From the human T2T-CHM13v2.0 reference genome, Homo sapiens: a stretch of 64,000 nt of DNA. The stretch is from assembly GCF_009914755.1 (NCBI RefSeq), contig NC_060937.1; one strand, written 5' to 3'. The translations under genes were made by a program, and so were the position numbers. The notes below the pieces were generated by a model. That model was not told the origin of the DNA. It ran no database searches and saw nothing but the letters and a program-made list of their open reading frames with translations. Below, in pieces: positions 21,097 to 34,556 of the stretch (within the stretch, counting starts at the first letter, position 1; each line of letters opens with the position of its first letter).

Positions 21097-21480
21097 TGTT
21101 ATGGCTGAACTGTACCCCTACAAAATGCATATGCTGAAGTCCTAACTCCCAGGACCTCAACAACGGGATTGTGTTTGGAGACAGAGCCTTTCAAGAGGTA
21201 ATTGATTAATTAAGTGAGATCATAAGGGTGGGCCCTGATCCAATATGACTGCTATCCTCATGTGTAGAGATGAGGACACAGATGCCCACAGGTGGAAGAC
21301 CATGTGAGGACACAGCAAGAAGGCAGCTGTCTGTAAGCCAAAGAGAGAGGCCTCACTTCAGAAGAAATCAACCCTGCTGTACTTTGACCTTGGACTTCCA
21401 GCTTTTTGCACTGTGAGAAATAAATGTTGTTTAAGCTCCCTAGCCTGTTGCATTTATTAATAGCAGCCTGAGCTAAGACA
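21097..21480 (+). mobile_element. MLT1A/B LTR
   Basis: TG start tgttatggctgaactg, gaagtcctaactcccag, gtgagaaataaatgttgtttaagc, ends ctaagaca. Confidence 0.8.
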
Positions 21481-21579
21481 ACAGGTAAGAAGAAAAAGGT
21501 TGGGAGGTCGGCTGATTCATTGAAACGAGTTATGAACAGAGGTCAGTAAACACATAGGAATCAATATAAACAGCATTAC

Positions 21580-21693
21580 CTCCATGCCATCATCCAGGAG
21601 GAAGTGTGAGGATATCAGGAAAGGACAGTCCCTGGAGTCCCGCGAACACTGAAGCTCCACCACCACAGCTTCCTGGCCTCCCTCCATTCCCAC
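21580..21693 (-). CDS. PARP4: PARP4 exon 6 (114 nt), VGMEGGQEAVVVELQ...DDGME
   Basis: ttccag|GTG acceptor, GAG|gtaatg donor. Confidence 0.96.
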
Positions 21694-22765
21694 CTGGAAA
21701 ACAGGATGTGCTTTCAGAAGCTGCACTCGGGAAACATCAAACTACATGTGCCATTTGAAAATGTTGATTATAATTATAAAATATGTTCATTTAGAGATAT
21801 AATTTAGAAAATATAGAAAAGTATCAAAAAGAAAATTAAAATCTCCTAAAATCCCGAGAGCAATACGATCACTATTAATATTTTGGTATGTTTCCCTCCT
21901 GTATTTTTACCATCCCATAAATAGATCTGTGTGTTTATACCATACCACTTTTCATGTTTTCCTTATCAAAGAGGGAAATGTTATTTTCAAGTTACATTTT
22001 ATTAACATATCTCAAAATACAAATGGAACATCACTTTGAAGGCTAGTGTCGATTTATATCTATATATATATTTTAGAGACAGGTCTTGCCACATTGCCCA
22101 GGGTGGCCTCAAACTCCTGAGCTCAAGAGATCCACCTGCCTTAGCCCCCTAAGTAGCTGGGACTATAGGCAAGTGATGCCACATCAGACACTAGTGTTGA
22201 TTTTCATTTGTGGGGAAAAAAAAAAAGGATTTTGTTTTTCTTTCTAATGCAAAAGGAATGGAAACGCAACATAGTGTAAATACTTAGTGTCAAACCTTCC
22301 TTTTCCAAATACAAGAAACTGTTAGTAACAGGGAAGAGCACTTTTATGTTTAATGCCATATTGATATTTTATACTGTTTAAAATTTTTGCTATGAGCATG
22401 CATTACTTTTATAATATAAACACTAAAAATTTAAACTTTAAATTCTAAACATAAACATTTTCTTGACTGTTAAAAATCAGGTCTGGGTGCAGTGGCTCAT
22501 GCTTGTAATCCCAGCACTTTGGGAGGCTAAGGAGGGAGGATGGCTTGAGCCCAGGAGTTCGAGACCAGCAAAATAGTGAGATTCTGTCTCCACAAAAATA
22601 AATATATAAATAAAATTAACTCATATTTTAAGGACTATATGATATTCAGGATATGCATAATTTTTCAAAACAATGAGAAAATGACCGAATAGGAAAAACA
22701 CCCAGAAGACATTCAAACAGGTGTGTTTTTTTTTTTTTTTTGCTAACTAGAAATCAGATTCTTAC

Positions 22766-22841
22766 TTTCTCCAAGGTGTTATATTTTGCAACTTCAAAAT
22801 CTTGAGGAAGATGAGGAATTTCAACATTCTGCATACCAAAC
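22766..22841 (-). CDS. PARP4: PARP4 exon 5 (76 nt), FGMQNVEIPHLPQDFEVAKYNTLEK
   Basis: tttcag|G acceptor, AAA|gtaaga donor. Confidence 0.96.
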
Positions 22842-23781
22842 CTGAAATTTGTAGTGTATAATTAAAATTTTAACATTAAATGGATTTTAGGCTAAACAGA
22901 ATTTCATAAATTTTTTCTTGTACATCTTTACAAAATACATGATAGATTCCTTACAAAACACATGGTAAGTCCACATGGTAAGTCCCTAAGGCCTCCTTAG
23001 CTCTTCCAGAAATTGTTAAAAGATCATTGGAAATGAGCTGGATGCCTCCTCTGCATAATCTCCAGCTCAGATACCCAGCACTGTAGCGTCTGCACTGGAA
23101 GATGGTCTCCATGCGGCAGAGGCAGAAAGAAGTGGGCCGCACACTCTGGGGATGGGCTACTTGTGTTTGCTTTGGATCTGACTCTTAGAAGCTATGTCAC
23201 TCCTCTCCAGACCACAGTCCATTCCTCTCTAAAATAAAGGAGTCAGACTTCTCATAATCTGTACTTTTCATTTTGGATTTTCTTCTCTTTAAACACTATT
23301 ATTAACAAATACAACAAGATTGAATGTGATGCCTAATTAACCCGATGTTTTGGGTATGCTTTAAGAAACCATATAGAACTTTAGACTCCCATACTCCATT
23401 TGAGGAAGGCTGTTGTTATTTCCATTTTTGAAAACATCAGGCAAAAGTAACAAACTGTCTTTACTCTAAAGGCTGCTCAGGAAAATAATAGGATGAAAAT
23501 AGGTTTTTTTTTTAAAAGAATTAAAAAAAAAACCCACTGGTTTTCTTTTTAAAAATCAATTCAATAATTGCACCCAATCTCATTTAATACTGAGAATTTA
23601 AAATAATGATCACTATACTAGTTGAAGAAAAAGACTCAAATAAAAAATCACTTGAGTTAGATATGCAAAATAAATTAAAATAAGAAAAAGTCTACAAATA
23701 GAATTTTAATACTGTGCTTGAGGTTTACACAAGATTTTACAAACTCTGTAGAGTCCCAGGAATCAGAAAGAAGTAAATTAC

Positions 23782-23848
23782 TCAGTGAGTTCCACAGTGT
23801 CTTCCTCCTCTGTGGCACTGTCCGGGCATAGACCTTCTGTTTTCACTT
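23782..23848 (-). CDS. PARP4: PARP4 exon 4 (67 nt), VKTEGLCPDSATEEEDTVELT
   Basis: tctag|AA acceptor, GA|gtaatt donor; phase 1 to 2 fits neighbouring exons. Confidence 0.95.
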
Positions 23849-25102
23849 CTAGAATTAAAAGCAAACAGCACACTTGTTTACTGCCCAAAGACTTACTATA
23901 ATTAGTTAACCTAAGTGCTGGAATTGTTAAGATTCATAAATATATCCTTAAATTAGTTATAATTTTGGTGATCAAAGGATAACCCAGTGGGAAAAGAGGA
24001 AGGTATAACCTTATAAAATAGGGAGAACATACTCTAATTCTATTTTAATAAGCATATCAGGAGGATTCTCATCTGTTATTATTTGAAACTCATTGATAGC
24101 CATACAATTTTCAATTGGCACTTTCTTCTTGAAGAGTACAAAGTGCACAGGATCAGAATGAGTTCCTGAGAGTCGGCACATCACGAGCGAAGGAGCTGGA
24201 GATGTTCTAGCTTAGAGGAGGGAAAGTCAAGGGCTCTGCATGAGCTTTTGCTTCATACTTTCTGTACAGAGAAACAGTAACACTATCTAGAGCATTGTGA
24301 TATACAGGAATAACTCAATGTGAGGACTTCTTTCCAGTTTTAATTATACTGTCAAGATTCCAAGGATCATCAGTGTATTTGTAGTAATTTGGAATCTGAA
24401 TAAATTATGCTGGCTGTCATACAGTATGTTTTCAATGTGAAATGAGTCTACTATTTTGTCTATTTCTGTTGTAACTATCATTTGCTGGGACATGTGCTGG
24501 GACTGCAGCAGCATTTCTGGACTATTGTCTAAGGAGGCTCCACCCTGCCAAGTCAGTACGGTATCTAACACATACCGTGTGCTTACTGTGAGTTAGTATT
24601 TATCAGAACTGTGTGATTTTTGATATGACTCAGGAAGAGTGCATTTTTCATGTCCAAAGGCTTTCTTCTTGGCCAGTTTCCAAAATAAAATCTTGGCTTA
24701 TAAAGAAAATATGTTTCTTTTGGGGAGACAATCTTTTGTTTGGAAAGAATTTCTTCAGCAAAATGCTGGTCATCAAATTTCCAGTCATTAGGTTGTAGTA
24801 ATCACTGTTTAACACAAAGGCTTTCCCCTCCCCCTAGTTAAAAGCACAATCAGGTTTTCTGAGATGATCAGTGTTTTGTGGCCATTTTGAGTCTGACCCT
24901 ACTAGGCTAGATATCAAGAAATCTGTTTCTAGTGCTAAAGTAGTCTTTTGTCCTTTGTTATTTTTCTGTCCATTTTCTGAGGTAATAAGTCTAATTTTTT
25001 TTTAGTATTTCTGGACAATTCTCTGCCTATGGTATCTTTGACAAACCCAAGCGTGTACTATGGCACCTATGATACGTTAAATGCTTGCTATGAAATACCT
25101 AC

Positions 25103-25304
25103 CAGAACTGCTCGCCTTCTGATCAGGAGGTGGTGTGATGTCCAGGGGCTTATAAGGATCATAATTCTTTACATCCAAGAGTCTCTTTTCTCTGATAGAT
25201 TTCCATATAAAATCTGGGTTTGCAATATGAACGTGGTTCTTTTGGATAGAATTCAGTTGGTACTGACTCAGAACATCAGCATTATCTAAGATTATATGTG
25301 TGCA
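25103..25304 (-). CDS. PARP4: PARP4 exon 3 (202 nt), CTHIILDNADVL...QKASSS; C-terminal part of BRCT domain
   Basis: ccttag|TGC acceptor, CTG|gtaggt donor. Confidence 0.97.
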
Positions 25305-27114
25305 CTAAGGAAAAAAAGAGTCAATCCATTATGCATCAAGAAAAACAACATTTAAATAAGATATTTGTATCTGTAATTTTCACCCTTAGAAAGTATTAAG
25401 GTAGTTTGTGATAATCTTTCTCAAATTTCGAAAAACCTCTATAAATATCACAGTTTCTAGTTACATAAACATTTTAAAAATCAACTGTTTTTAAAGGATA
25501 TGGCTACGAATGCACCATAATTGATTAACCCTAGAGGTTATTTCTAAATTTTCATTATTGTAAACAACGCTGTGATGACTATCCTCATGTACACATCCTT
25601 GTGCACTTGTTCAATTATTTTCTTAGTAGTGGAAAGGGAGGTTCAAAGGTTATTATTTATTTTGATTTGTAATTTTAGAAAATCTTGTTTTTTTTGTAGA
25701 GATAGGGTCTTGCTATGTTGACCAGGCTGGTCTTGAACTCTCAGCCTCAAGCGATTCTCCCATCTCAGCTGAGTTTACAGGCATGAGCCAACATGCCCGC
25801 TTATAATTTTATTTATTTTTTAATAAATAGTAAATTCACATTGCAGAATATCTAAAAAATAAAATAATGACGACGTATTAACTTCATCCCCACTGTTGTC
25901 CCCAGTTCCTCTCTGCAGAGGCACCTGCTGTCACTTGCTCCTCGCGAATCCTGCTAGAGCTACACTATGCGTAGATACATGGCAGCGTGCTCCTCAGCCT
26001 CTTCCGTGCTGGCTTTTCCACTGAAATTATCTTGGTGATTGTTCCTCAACATTACATATACAGCTGCCTCATTATCTACAGTAGCTGGGATGCACATTTC
26101 ACATGTTTATGTACATTGACTTCCACAAAGTTGCACTCACAGTATGTGACTTTCTAAAAAGGAGAGACCATGTTGGCAGTTCACACAGAAGACAAACTGA
26201 GAAGGGAGAGCAGGCACGAATTACTCATCTGTCCAGAGATGGTGAGACAGCTCAGTGTGGGAAGCTGTATAAGGGAAGTATATACAATTCTACCTGAATT
26301 GGAAGTAAACAGGGACATTGCATTTCTGGTATTCAGCTGGAGTTGAACACGCTTCACAGAACAGATGAGGCTCACAATGGCCAAGCCCCAGGGCTGAGGT
26401 CCAGGGAGGGGCAGGGTGAGTCAGCTCATCAATTCGTCAACAGAGGGAACAGCAGAGGACAGGGGCAGGCCAGCCTGGCACCTAGAGCCTTTGGATTTCT
26501 ATTTTTACAGTGAGGTGGTTTAAAAAAGAGGAGGTTAAACTGAATTATTTCTAAGATTTCATCCAGCTGTAAAATCCTATTATTCTGAACTGCCAGGCTT
26601 ACAAGTTCAAGAGGCAGAAGGTAAATTCCTGCAGCCTTTAAATGAACAAAACAAACAGCACAAGCTACACTGCGAAGATGAGTCTGCACTGCATGTATTT
26701 CTTTCTACACCCAGGAACCTGGCTTACCAGTATATCACCCCAGCGTTGACATACTGGTGAGTGACGACAGTGCGCTTTTTGCAAATCCTGTGCACTATGA
26801 CTTTTCTCCTTCAAGAATAGATATGGCTGGTCTGAAATTCTATTTTCATATTTGGCTGTGCTCTAGTAATATCCTGCTTCACAGGACATGTAGGATTGTC
26901 CTGCAGTTCAGGGAACAGGGAGGGGACAGGGCTGGGCCACCTCTGCCTCTAGGAGCCCAGCCTCCCAATGGGCCATGTCAGTCTCTCCTGATGAACTTCG
27001 AGTAGCTCACTCACTCTCTCCTGCTGCTAATCTCTGCTTCCTCTTCTAACCATGACCCTGTTCCCTGAATGCGCAATGTTTTATCACACTGTAGTTTATG
27101 ACACTTGGAAATAC

Positions 27115-27246
27115 CTGAGGATTTAACGAAAAGGAAAACTTTCCGCCATTTTCCTTAATGTCAGTTTGTAGCTTTTTCTTCTGCTGCTGAGGTAAGTACT
27201 TCACTTTCAAACAGAAGATACAATTTGCAAAGATTCCCATCACCAT
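27115..27246 (-). CDS. PARP4: PARP4 exon 2 coding part (44 codons; the exon extends to 27247), start codon, N-terminal part of BRCT domain
   Basis: tacag|G ATG GTG ATG; CAG|gtattt donor. Confidence 0.98.
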
Positions 27247-27727
27247 CCTGTAGGAAAAAAAGTTTTTAAGGACCCTCTCTTAAGTCAATATGACAGTGAA
27301 TTTAGAATTATTATACAAGCAAACTGTGGGAAAATTGGGCATTATCTTAAGAAAGATATTGCAATCATGTTATCAATAGAACATTGCAAAAATTGAATAA
27401 TATCCTAGCTTGCAATATGTGTGTTGGTTTAAGAATCGTTTCTAGCTTTTATGGTTGATATTACACCACCAAAAATCCCTTTGTACAGGCTCATGATATA
27501 CATCTTAATAAAAACATGACAGATTTAAGTTACAGATCAAGTGTGTGACTCCAGAACATGGAACCATTTATTTCTAAATTAGAAATTAACATTATTTGAT
27601 AGTGAAACCATGGGTTTCTTTAATATATAATTCTATGCATTCAAAAAGACTCTTTATGTGGACTTCTATTAGGCCATTCTGGGGAAAAACTGAACAGCTG
27701 ATAATAAAAATATACAACTATGTTTAA

Positions 27728-28464
<737 letters not shown>

Positions 28465-28584
28465 ACACCCCCGCTTTTTTTTTTTTTTTTTGAGTCAGGG
28501 TCTCACTCTGTCACCCAGGCTGGAGTGCAGTAGCAGATCTCAGCTCACTGTAATCTCTGCCCACTGCAATCTCTGCCTTCCGGG

Positions 28585-29089
28585 AAGAGAAGGTGAGGGT
28601 TAAAGAAAGACACACACACACACACAGAGGAGAAAGAAAGAGAGAGGAGACAGAGCTAGAGAGCGCGAGCTTGACAGCAAATGCGGCTTTATGTGCAGCA
28701 CAAAACCTACAGAAGTAGGGGACCAGCCTAATGCCACAGCCCACTGCTAAGTCTTACAGGCTAAGGGTACTTATAGGTATGGGCGGGAGGGGTCTGGGCA
28801 GCATGGCTTGTTGCCCTGCAAGATATCGATAAGATGTTCCCATGATTTGTATTGATTTGTACAATAAGGGTTCTGGCCCTTATTCAGGTGGATGTCATCA
28901 TGGTGTTCCTTGGACGTTTGCCCAAGAAGTCATGAGAGGGAAGTTTCTTCAGATAAGCCTCTGTTGGCCTTGCGGTCAAGTGGTTAGGAAGGATGTTTCT
29001 CACCGCCTAAACCCCCCAGAAATGTTTCACTTTGCCCAAAGTCTGCAAAATAGCGGGCAGCTTACAAAATGTTGCAGTTTGTGCTAACG
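28585..29089 (-). mobile_element. LTR18-type (ERVL) solo LTR inserted into a reverse Alu (~28475-29215)
   Basis: Minus-strand start (c)gttagcacaaactgcaacattttgtaagc...gtgaaacatt resembles LTR18B; 5-bp TSD ccggg/ctggg. Confidence 0.75.
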
Positions 29090-29509
29090 CTGGGTTCAAG
29101 CAATTCTCCTGCCTCAGCCTCCCGAGTAGCTGGGATTACAGGCCCGCGCCACCACGCCCGGCTAATATTTTTCATTTTTAGTAAAGACAGGGTTTCGCTA
29201 TGTTGCCCAGACTGGTATTTGTCAATTTTTAAAAACAAGGAGTCACGTCTAACAGGCTCCCCGCAAAGTAAGCTGCCATTTGGCGACAGCAGTTTCCAAG
29301 TCCTGTATTAGTTTGAGGATCGCGGTTCCGGGTCCTGTGTTAGCTTGGGCAGGCAGGTCAGGTTCTCTGCCGCGGCCCACGCGTCTTGGGACTAAGCTGA
29401 GTTGCTGAAAGCCCACCGCCCTGCACCGCGATTGGGCTCCGCCATTTCCCCTTTGCCTGCCCTTTCACCTCCCACTCCTACAGGCCAGAGGCCCCACCCT
29501 ACCTAGTGC

Positions 29510-30805
29510 TGTGTCTGGAATTTGTGGGTTCTTGGTCTCACTGACTTCAAAAACGAAGCTGCCTGGACCCTCGTGGTGAGTGCTACAGTTCTTAAAGGCG
29601 GCGCGTCCGAAGTTTGTTCCTTCCTTGGTCTCACTGACATCAAGTATGAAGCCGCAGACCCTCGCAGTGAGCGTTACAGTTCTTTAAGGCGGCGCATCCA
29701 GAGTTTGTCCGGAGTTGTTTACTCCTACCGGTGGGTTCGTGGTGTCGCTGGCTTCAGGAGTGAAGCTGCAGACCTCCGCGATTTAAAGGCAGTGCGGACC
29801 CAAACAGTGAGCAGCAACAAAATTTACTGCAAGGAGTGAAAAACAAAGCTTCCACAGCGTGGAAGAGGACCCCAGCAGGTTGCCACTGCTAGCTCGGGCA
29901 GCCTGCTTTTATTCCCTTATGTGGCCCCACCCACATCCTGCTGATTGGTTCATTTTATAGAGCGCTGATTGGACTGCTTTGACAGGGTGCTGATTGGTGT
30001 TTACAATCCCTGAGCTAGACACAAGTTCTCCAGGTCCCCACTAGATTAGCTAGACACAGAGCACTGATTGGTGCATTTACAAACCTTGAGCTAGACACAG
30101 GGTGTTGATTGGTGTGTTTACAAACCTTGAGCTAGACACAGAGTGCTGACTGGTGTATTGACAATCCCTTAGCTAGACATAAAGTTCTCCAAGTCCCCAC
30201 TAGACTCAGGAGCCCAGCTGGCTTCACCCAGTGGATCCCATGCCAGGGCCGCAGGTGGAGCTGCCTGCCAGTCCCATGCCTTGCACCCGCACTCCTCAGC
30301 CCTTGGGTGGTCGATGGGACCGGGCGCCGGCCGCGCTCCTGCGGGACGCTCGTGCTGCGCAGGAGCCAACTGAGGCGGGAGAGCTCAGACATGGCGGGCT
30401 GCAGGTCCCGAGCCCTGCCCCGCGGGGAGGCAGCTAAGGCTCCACGAGAAATCTAGCACAGCGCTGGTGGGCCGGCACTGCTGGGGTACCCGGCACACCC
30501 TCCGCTGCTGCTGGCCCGGGCGCTAAGCCCCTCACTGTCCGGGGCCGGCGGGGCCAGCGGGCTGCTCAGAGTGCGGGGACCGCCCAGCCCACGCCCAACC
30601 GGAACTTGCGCTGGCCCGCAAGCGCCGCGCACAGCCCCGGTTCCGTCCTGCGCCTGCAAGCTGAAGGAGCCGGCTCCGGCCTCGCCAGCTCAGAAAGGGG
30701 CTCCCACAGTGCAGCGGCGGGCTGAAGGGCTCCTCAAGCGTAGCCAGAGTGGGCGCCGAGAGCCAGCGAGGGCTGCAAGGGCTGCCAGCACGCTGTCACC
30801 TTTCA
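29510..30805 (-). mobile_element. LTR12C-type (ERV9) solo LTR with both termini, same orientation as PARP4
   Basis: Minus-strand start TGAAAGGTGACAGCGTGCTGGCAG and end ...ccagacaca; CpG-rich U3, multiple CCAAT repeats; flanks gtgc/gtac (4-bp TSD with one mismatch). Confidence 0.93.
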
Positions 30806-31991
30806 GTACCTTTGCCCTGTGTGTGTTGGATGGTGGTACCCATTCCCTGGGCTCTCAATTGAGGACACAATGCCACTGCCTCCCTGACACCTCACCTCTG
30901 GGTCTCCTTGGCACCACAGAGGTGCGACGTCCCCAGCCTAGGCCTCCCTCTCCCCCTTGGCTGGAGACAACCACTGGGTGCTATTCTTGACTCCCTGCAC
31001 CCCCATCTCCTTCTGCCAGCTGTATCTCTTCCATCACAGCCCCTGATATAGCCCCAATGTATAGAACTTGTCCCTCCTGCTGCCACCCTGGCCCATGCCC
31101 TCGCATCCTGACTGGCTCCCACTCCTGTTGCGCCGGTGTTCAATCTCTTCTCCACACTGCAGCTTCAGGAAACTTGTTGTTTTTAAATTACATTTCAAAT
31201 AAAATACAAATTGCTTATCATGGTTCAAGGCCAACAGCTATCTCATTCCCTCCTGGCCACACTGGCTTTTTCTAAAGGAGGAAGAAACCCACAGCTTGGT
31301 CCTCCAAGTCTTGACACATGCTGTTATATATTATAGTTCTTATCTCTGGGACCCCCAGCCCTTCCTCACCCCATGCTGTATCCCCCATCCAGGACACAAT
31401 GAATGAACACATTAGGGATTCATATTTTTTAATCTTTCTTTTGAGGTCCGGTTAAACTGAAGTCTCTTGATGTAATTCTGCCTTTCCATAACATTAGCAT
31501 GGAAAAGTTTCATTTGTTGACTGCCTCTCACATTCAATTAGCATCTGTGCATAGATAGGAGGGATGAAATGAGGGGTACCATAAAAGAGATTACACCACA
31601 CTATTTAGGTTAATCTATGCTAGTCGTAATCTCTGACAATTAAAAACAACACACAAAAAAAACACTAAAAGCCTTTAATGACTCTTTAATAATTTCCAGG
31701 ACAGCCTCTATGTGATAATTGCACCCCCACTTATGCTGACCAAGGTTGGCTGACATGGAGTGGCTGCTCAAGTCCACCTTCAGATGGGTCCTGGATGTGT
31801 TAAATCCTCTGACCTGTTTAAAACGTGTTTCCTGGAAAAGTGACTCATGGTCACTGTTGAAAATTTGAAAAATACAGAATTGTATAACAGAAAAAAAAAG
31901 AACAAAACAAAAAAATCTCAAAACCTAGGGCTATGTTAGCATCTTGTTTTGCATTTTTCTCCTGGGCTTTTTTCTAGGTCTATTATAACAC

Positions 31992-33467
31992 TTTGTTTTT
32001 TGAGACAGTCTCGCTTTTGTCACTTAGGCGGAAGTGCAGTGGTGAGACCTCGGCTCACGGCACCCTCCGCCTCCCGGGTTCAAACGATTCTCCTGCATCA
32101 GCCTCCCGAGTAGCTGGGATTATAGGTGCCTGCCACCATGCCTGGCTACTTTTTGTATTTTTAGTAGAGACGGGGTTTCACCATGTTGGCCAGGCTGGTC
32201 TCGAACTCCCAACCTTAAGTGATCTGCACACCTTGGCCTCCCTAAGTGCTGGGATTACAGGCATGAGTCACCGCGCCCAGCCACAGACTGTATTTTTTAT
32301 CAAAATTGACATCACACTACCTATCCCGCTGTTATCAGTCAGCATCTTTAGCATTTTGTCATTAAATATTATTGGAAAACATTTTTAATAGAGACTATCA
32401 GATATGGACCATAAATGAATTATTGTTGGAAAATTAAATCATTTCTGATTTTTGGTATCATAAAAAGCTATGATGAACATCCTTATGTGCAAATCCTTGT
32501 TTCCATCTCCAACAATCATCTTAGAAAATAATACTCAACTAGAACTACTGAATCAAAGTTTGAACAATTTTTTTGTGTTAAAAGTTAATCACTAAGAAGA
32601 AAAAATAAAAAGCACCTAAAATGATGGAAATGCTCAAAACTAGACTGCAGTGATGGTGCACAACTTGGTAAATTATTAAAAATTATTGAATTAGGCCAGG
32701 CAATGTGGCTCATGCCTGTAACCCTAGCACTTTGGGAGACCAAGTGGAGCAAATCGCTTGAGCCCAGGAGTTTGAGAGCAGCCTGGCCAACATGGCGAAA
32801 CTTCATCTCTACAAAAAATACAAAACTTAGCTGGGCAAGGTGGTACATGCCTATGGTCCCAGCTACTCAGGAGACTTAGGTGGGAGGATCACTTGAGCCT
32901 GGGAGGTCAAGGCTGCAGTGAGCTGTGATCATGCCACTGCACTCCAGCCTGGGTGACAAGAGACCCTATCTCAAAAAAAAAAAAAGAGAGAAAAATTACT
33001 AAATTGTACAATTAAAATGAATGAATTTAATGTATGTAAATTGTACCCCAATACATTTTTTAAATAGTATTTTTTGGATACATAATAGTTACATACATAT
33101 TATGGGTCAATAAAGTTATTTTTAAAAAAGCACCTGATCCCTCCATCCAGAAATAACCCCACTGTTGATTTTTATTTGTTTGTTTTTTGAGCCAGTCTCG
33201 CTCTGTCACCCAGGCTGGAGTGCAGTGGCATGATCTCAGCTCACTGCAACCTTCTGCCTCCCAGGTTCAAGTAATTCTCGTGCCTCAGCCTCCAAGTAGC
33301 TGGGACTACAGGCACGCACCACCACGCCCAGCTAATTTTTGTATTTTTAGTAGAGACGGGGTTTCACCATGTTGGCCAGGCTGGTCTCGAATTCCTGAGC
33401 TCAAGTGATCTGCCCACCTCTGCCTCCCAAAGTGCTAGGATTACAGGCATGAGCCACCACACCTAGC
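31992..33467. mobile_element. Three Alus: AluS(-) 31992-32282, AluJ(+) 32694-32985, AluS(-) 33168-33467
   Basis: Alu consensus; the last has TSD ccccactgttgat. Confidence 0.85.
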
Positions 33468-33741
33468 CCCCACTGTTGATATTTTAATTTTTTTGGTGTT
33501 ATTATTTCTTGTATCATTGTATTTTCTAAATTATTAATATTCTATATTTAATGTTATAGCCAGTTGCTCTTTACTTTTTAAATAGGACTTTCACTTTCAC
33601 AGCTTATTTAGCTTTTAGTGATATCCTCCCCATGTCACTAAATATTCTTTGAAGGTGTTTTTAGTGGTTACATAAGCTTTGCGTTTATTTCATCCTTCCC
33701 CAAGTCATCAGATACTTGGTTACTTAAAAGTGTTCACTATT

Positions 33742-34063
<322 letters not shown>

Positions 34064-34267
34064 TTAATTAAAATGCTTGTACATATATTTTTTTGCCACA
34101 TCTCTGTCATAGTTTCCCTAGAGTTGATGGCCAGAAATGGAATTACTGAATCAAGGAGTATAAACATTTTTTAGCCTTTTAAAAATTGTGGTACAGTTTT
34201 TAAAACTGTGTGTACAGTTCAGTGGCATTAAGTACATACACATAGTTGTGAAATCAAAGTATAAACA

Positions 34268-34556
34268 TTTTATTTTATTTGAGACAGGGTCTGGCTCTGT
34301 CTCCCAAGCTGGAGTGCAGTGGTGTGGTCACTGTCACAGCTCACTGCAACCTCGACCTCCCTCCCAGCAATCCTTTCACCCGGCCTACTTAGTAGCTGGG
34401 ACCACAGGCCTGCACCACCATGCCCAGCTAATTTTGGTAGAGACAGGGTTCTTACTATGTTGCCAAGGCTGGTCACAAACTCCTGGGCTCAAGCCATCCT
34501 CCTGCCTCAGCCTCCCAGAGTGCTGGGGTTACAGGTGTGAGCTGCCACGCCCGGCC
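34268..34556 (-). mobile_element. AluJ-type
   Basis: Diverged reverse Alu. Confidence 0.8.

Noticed and set aside
22960-22986. Duplicated catggtaagtcc (donor-like) motif
   Set aside because: Short local duplication on the strand opposite to PARP4, with no associated exon evidence
30132-31155. Cluster of overlapping ORFs
   Set aside because: They lie in or next to the GC-rich U3 of LTR12C; compositional artefact
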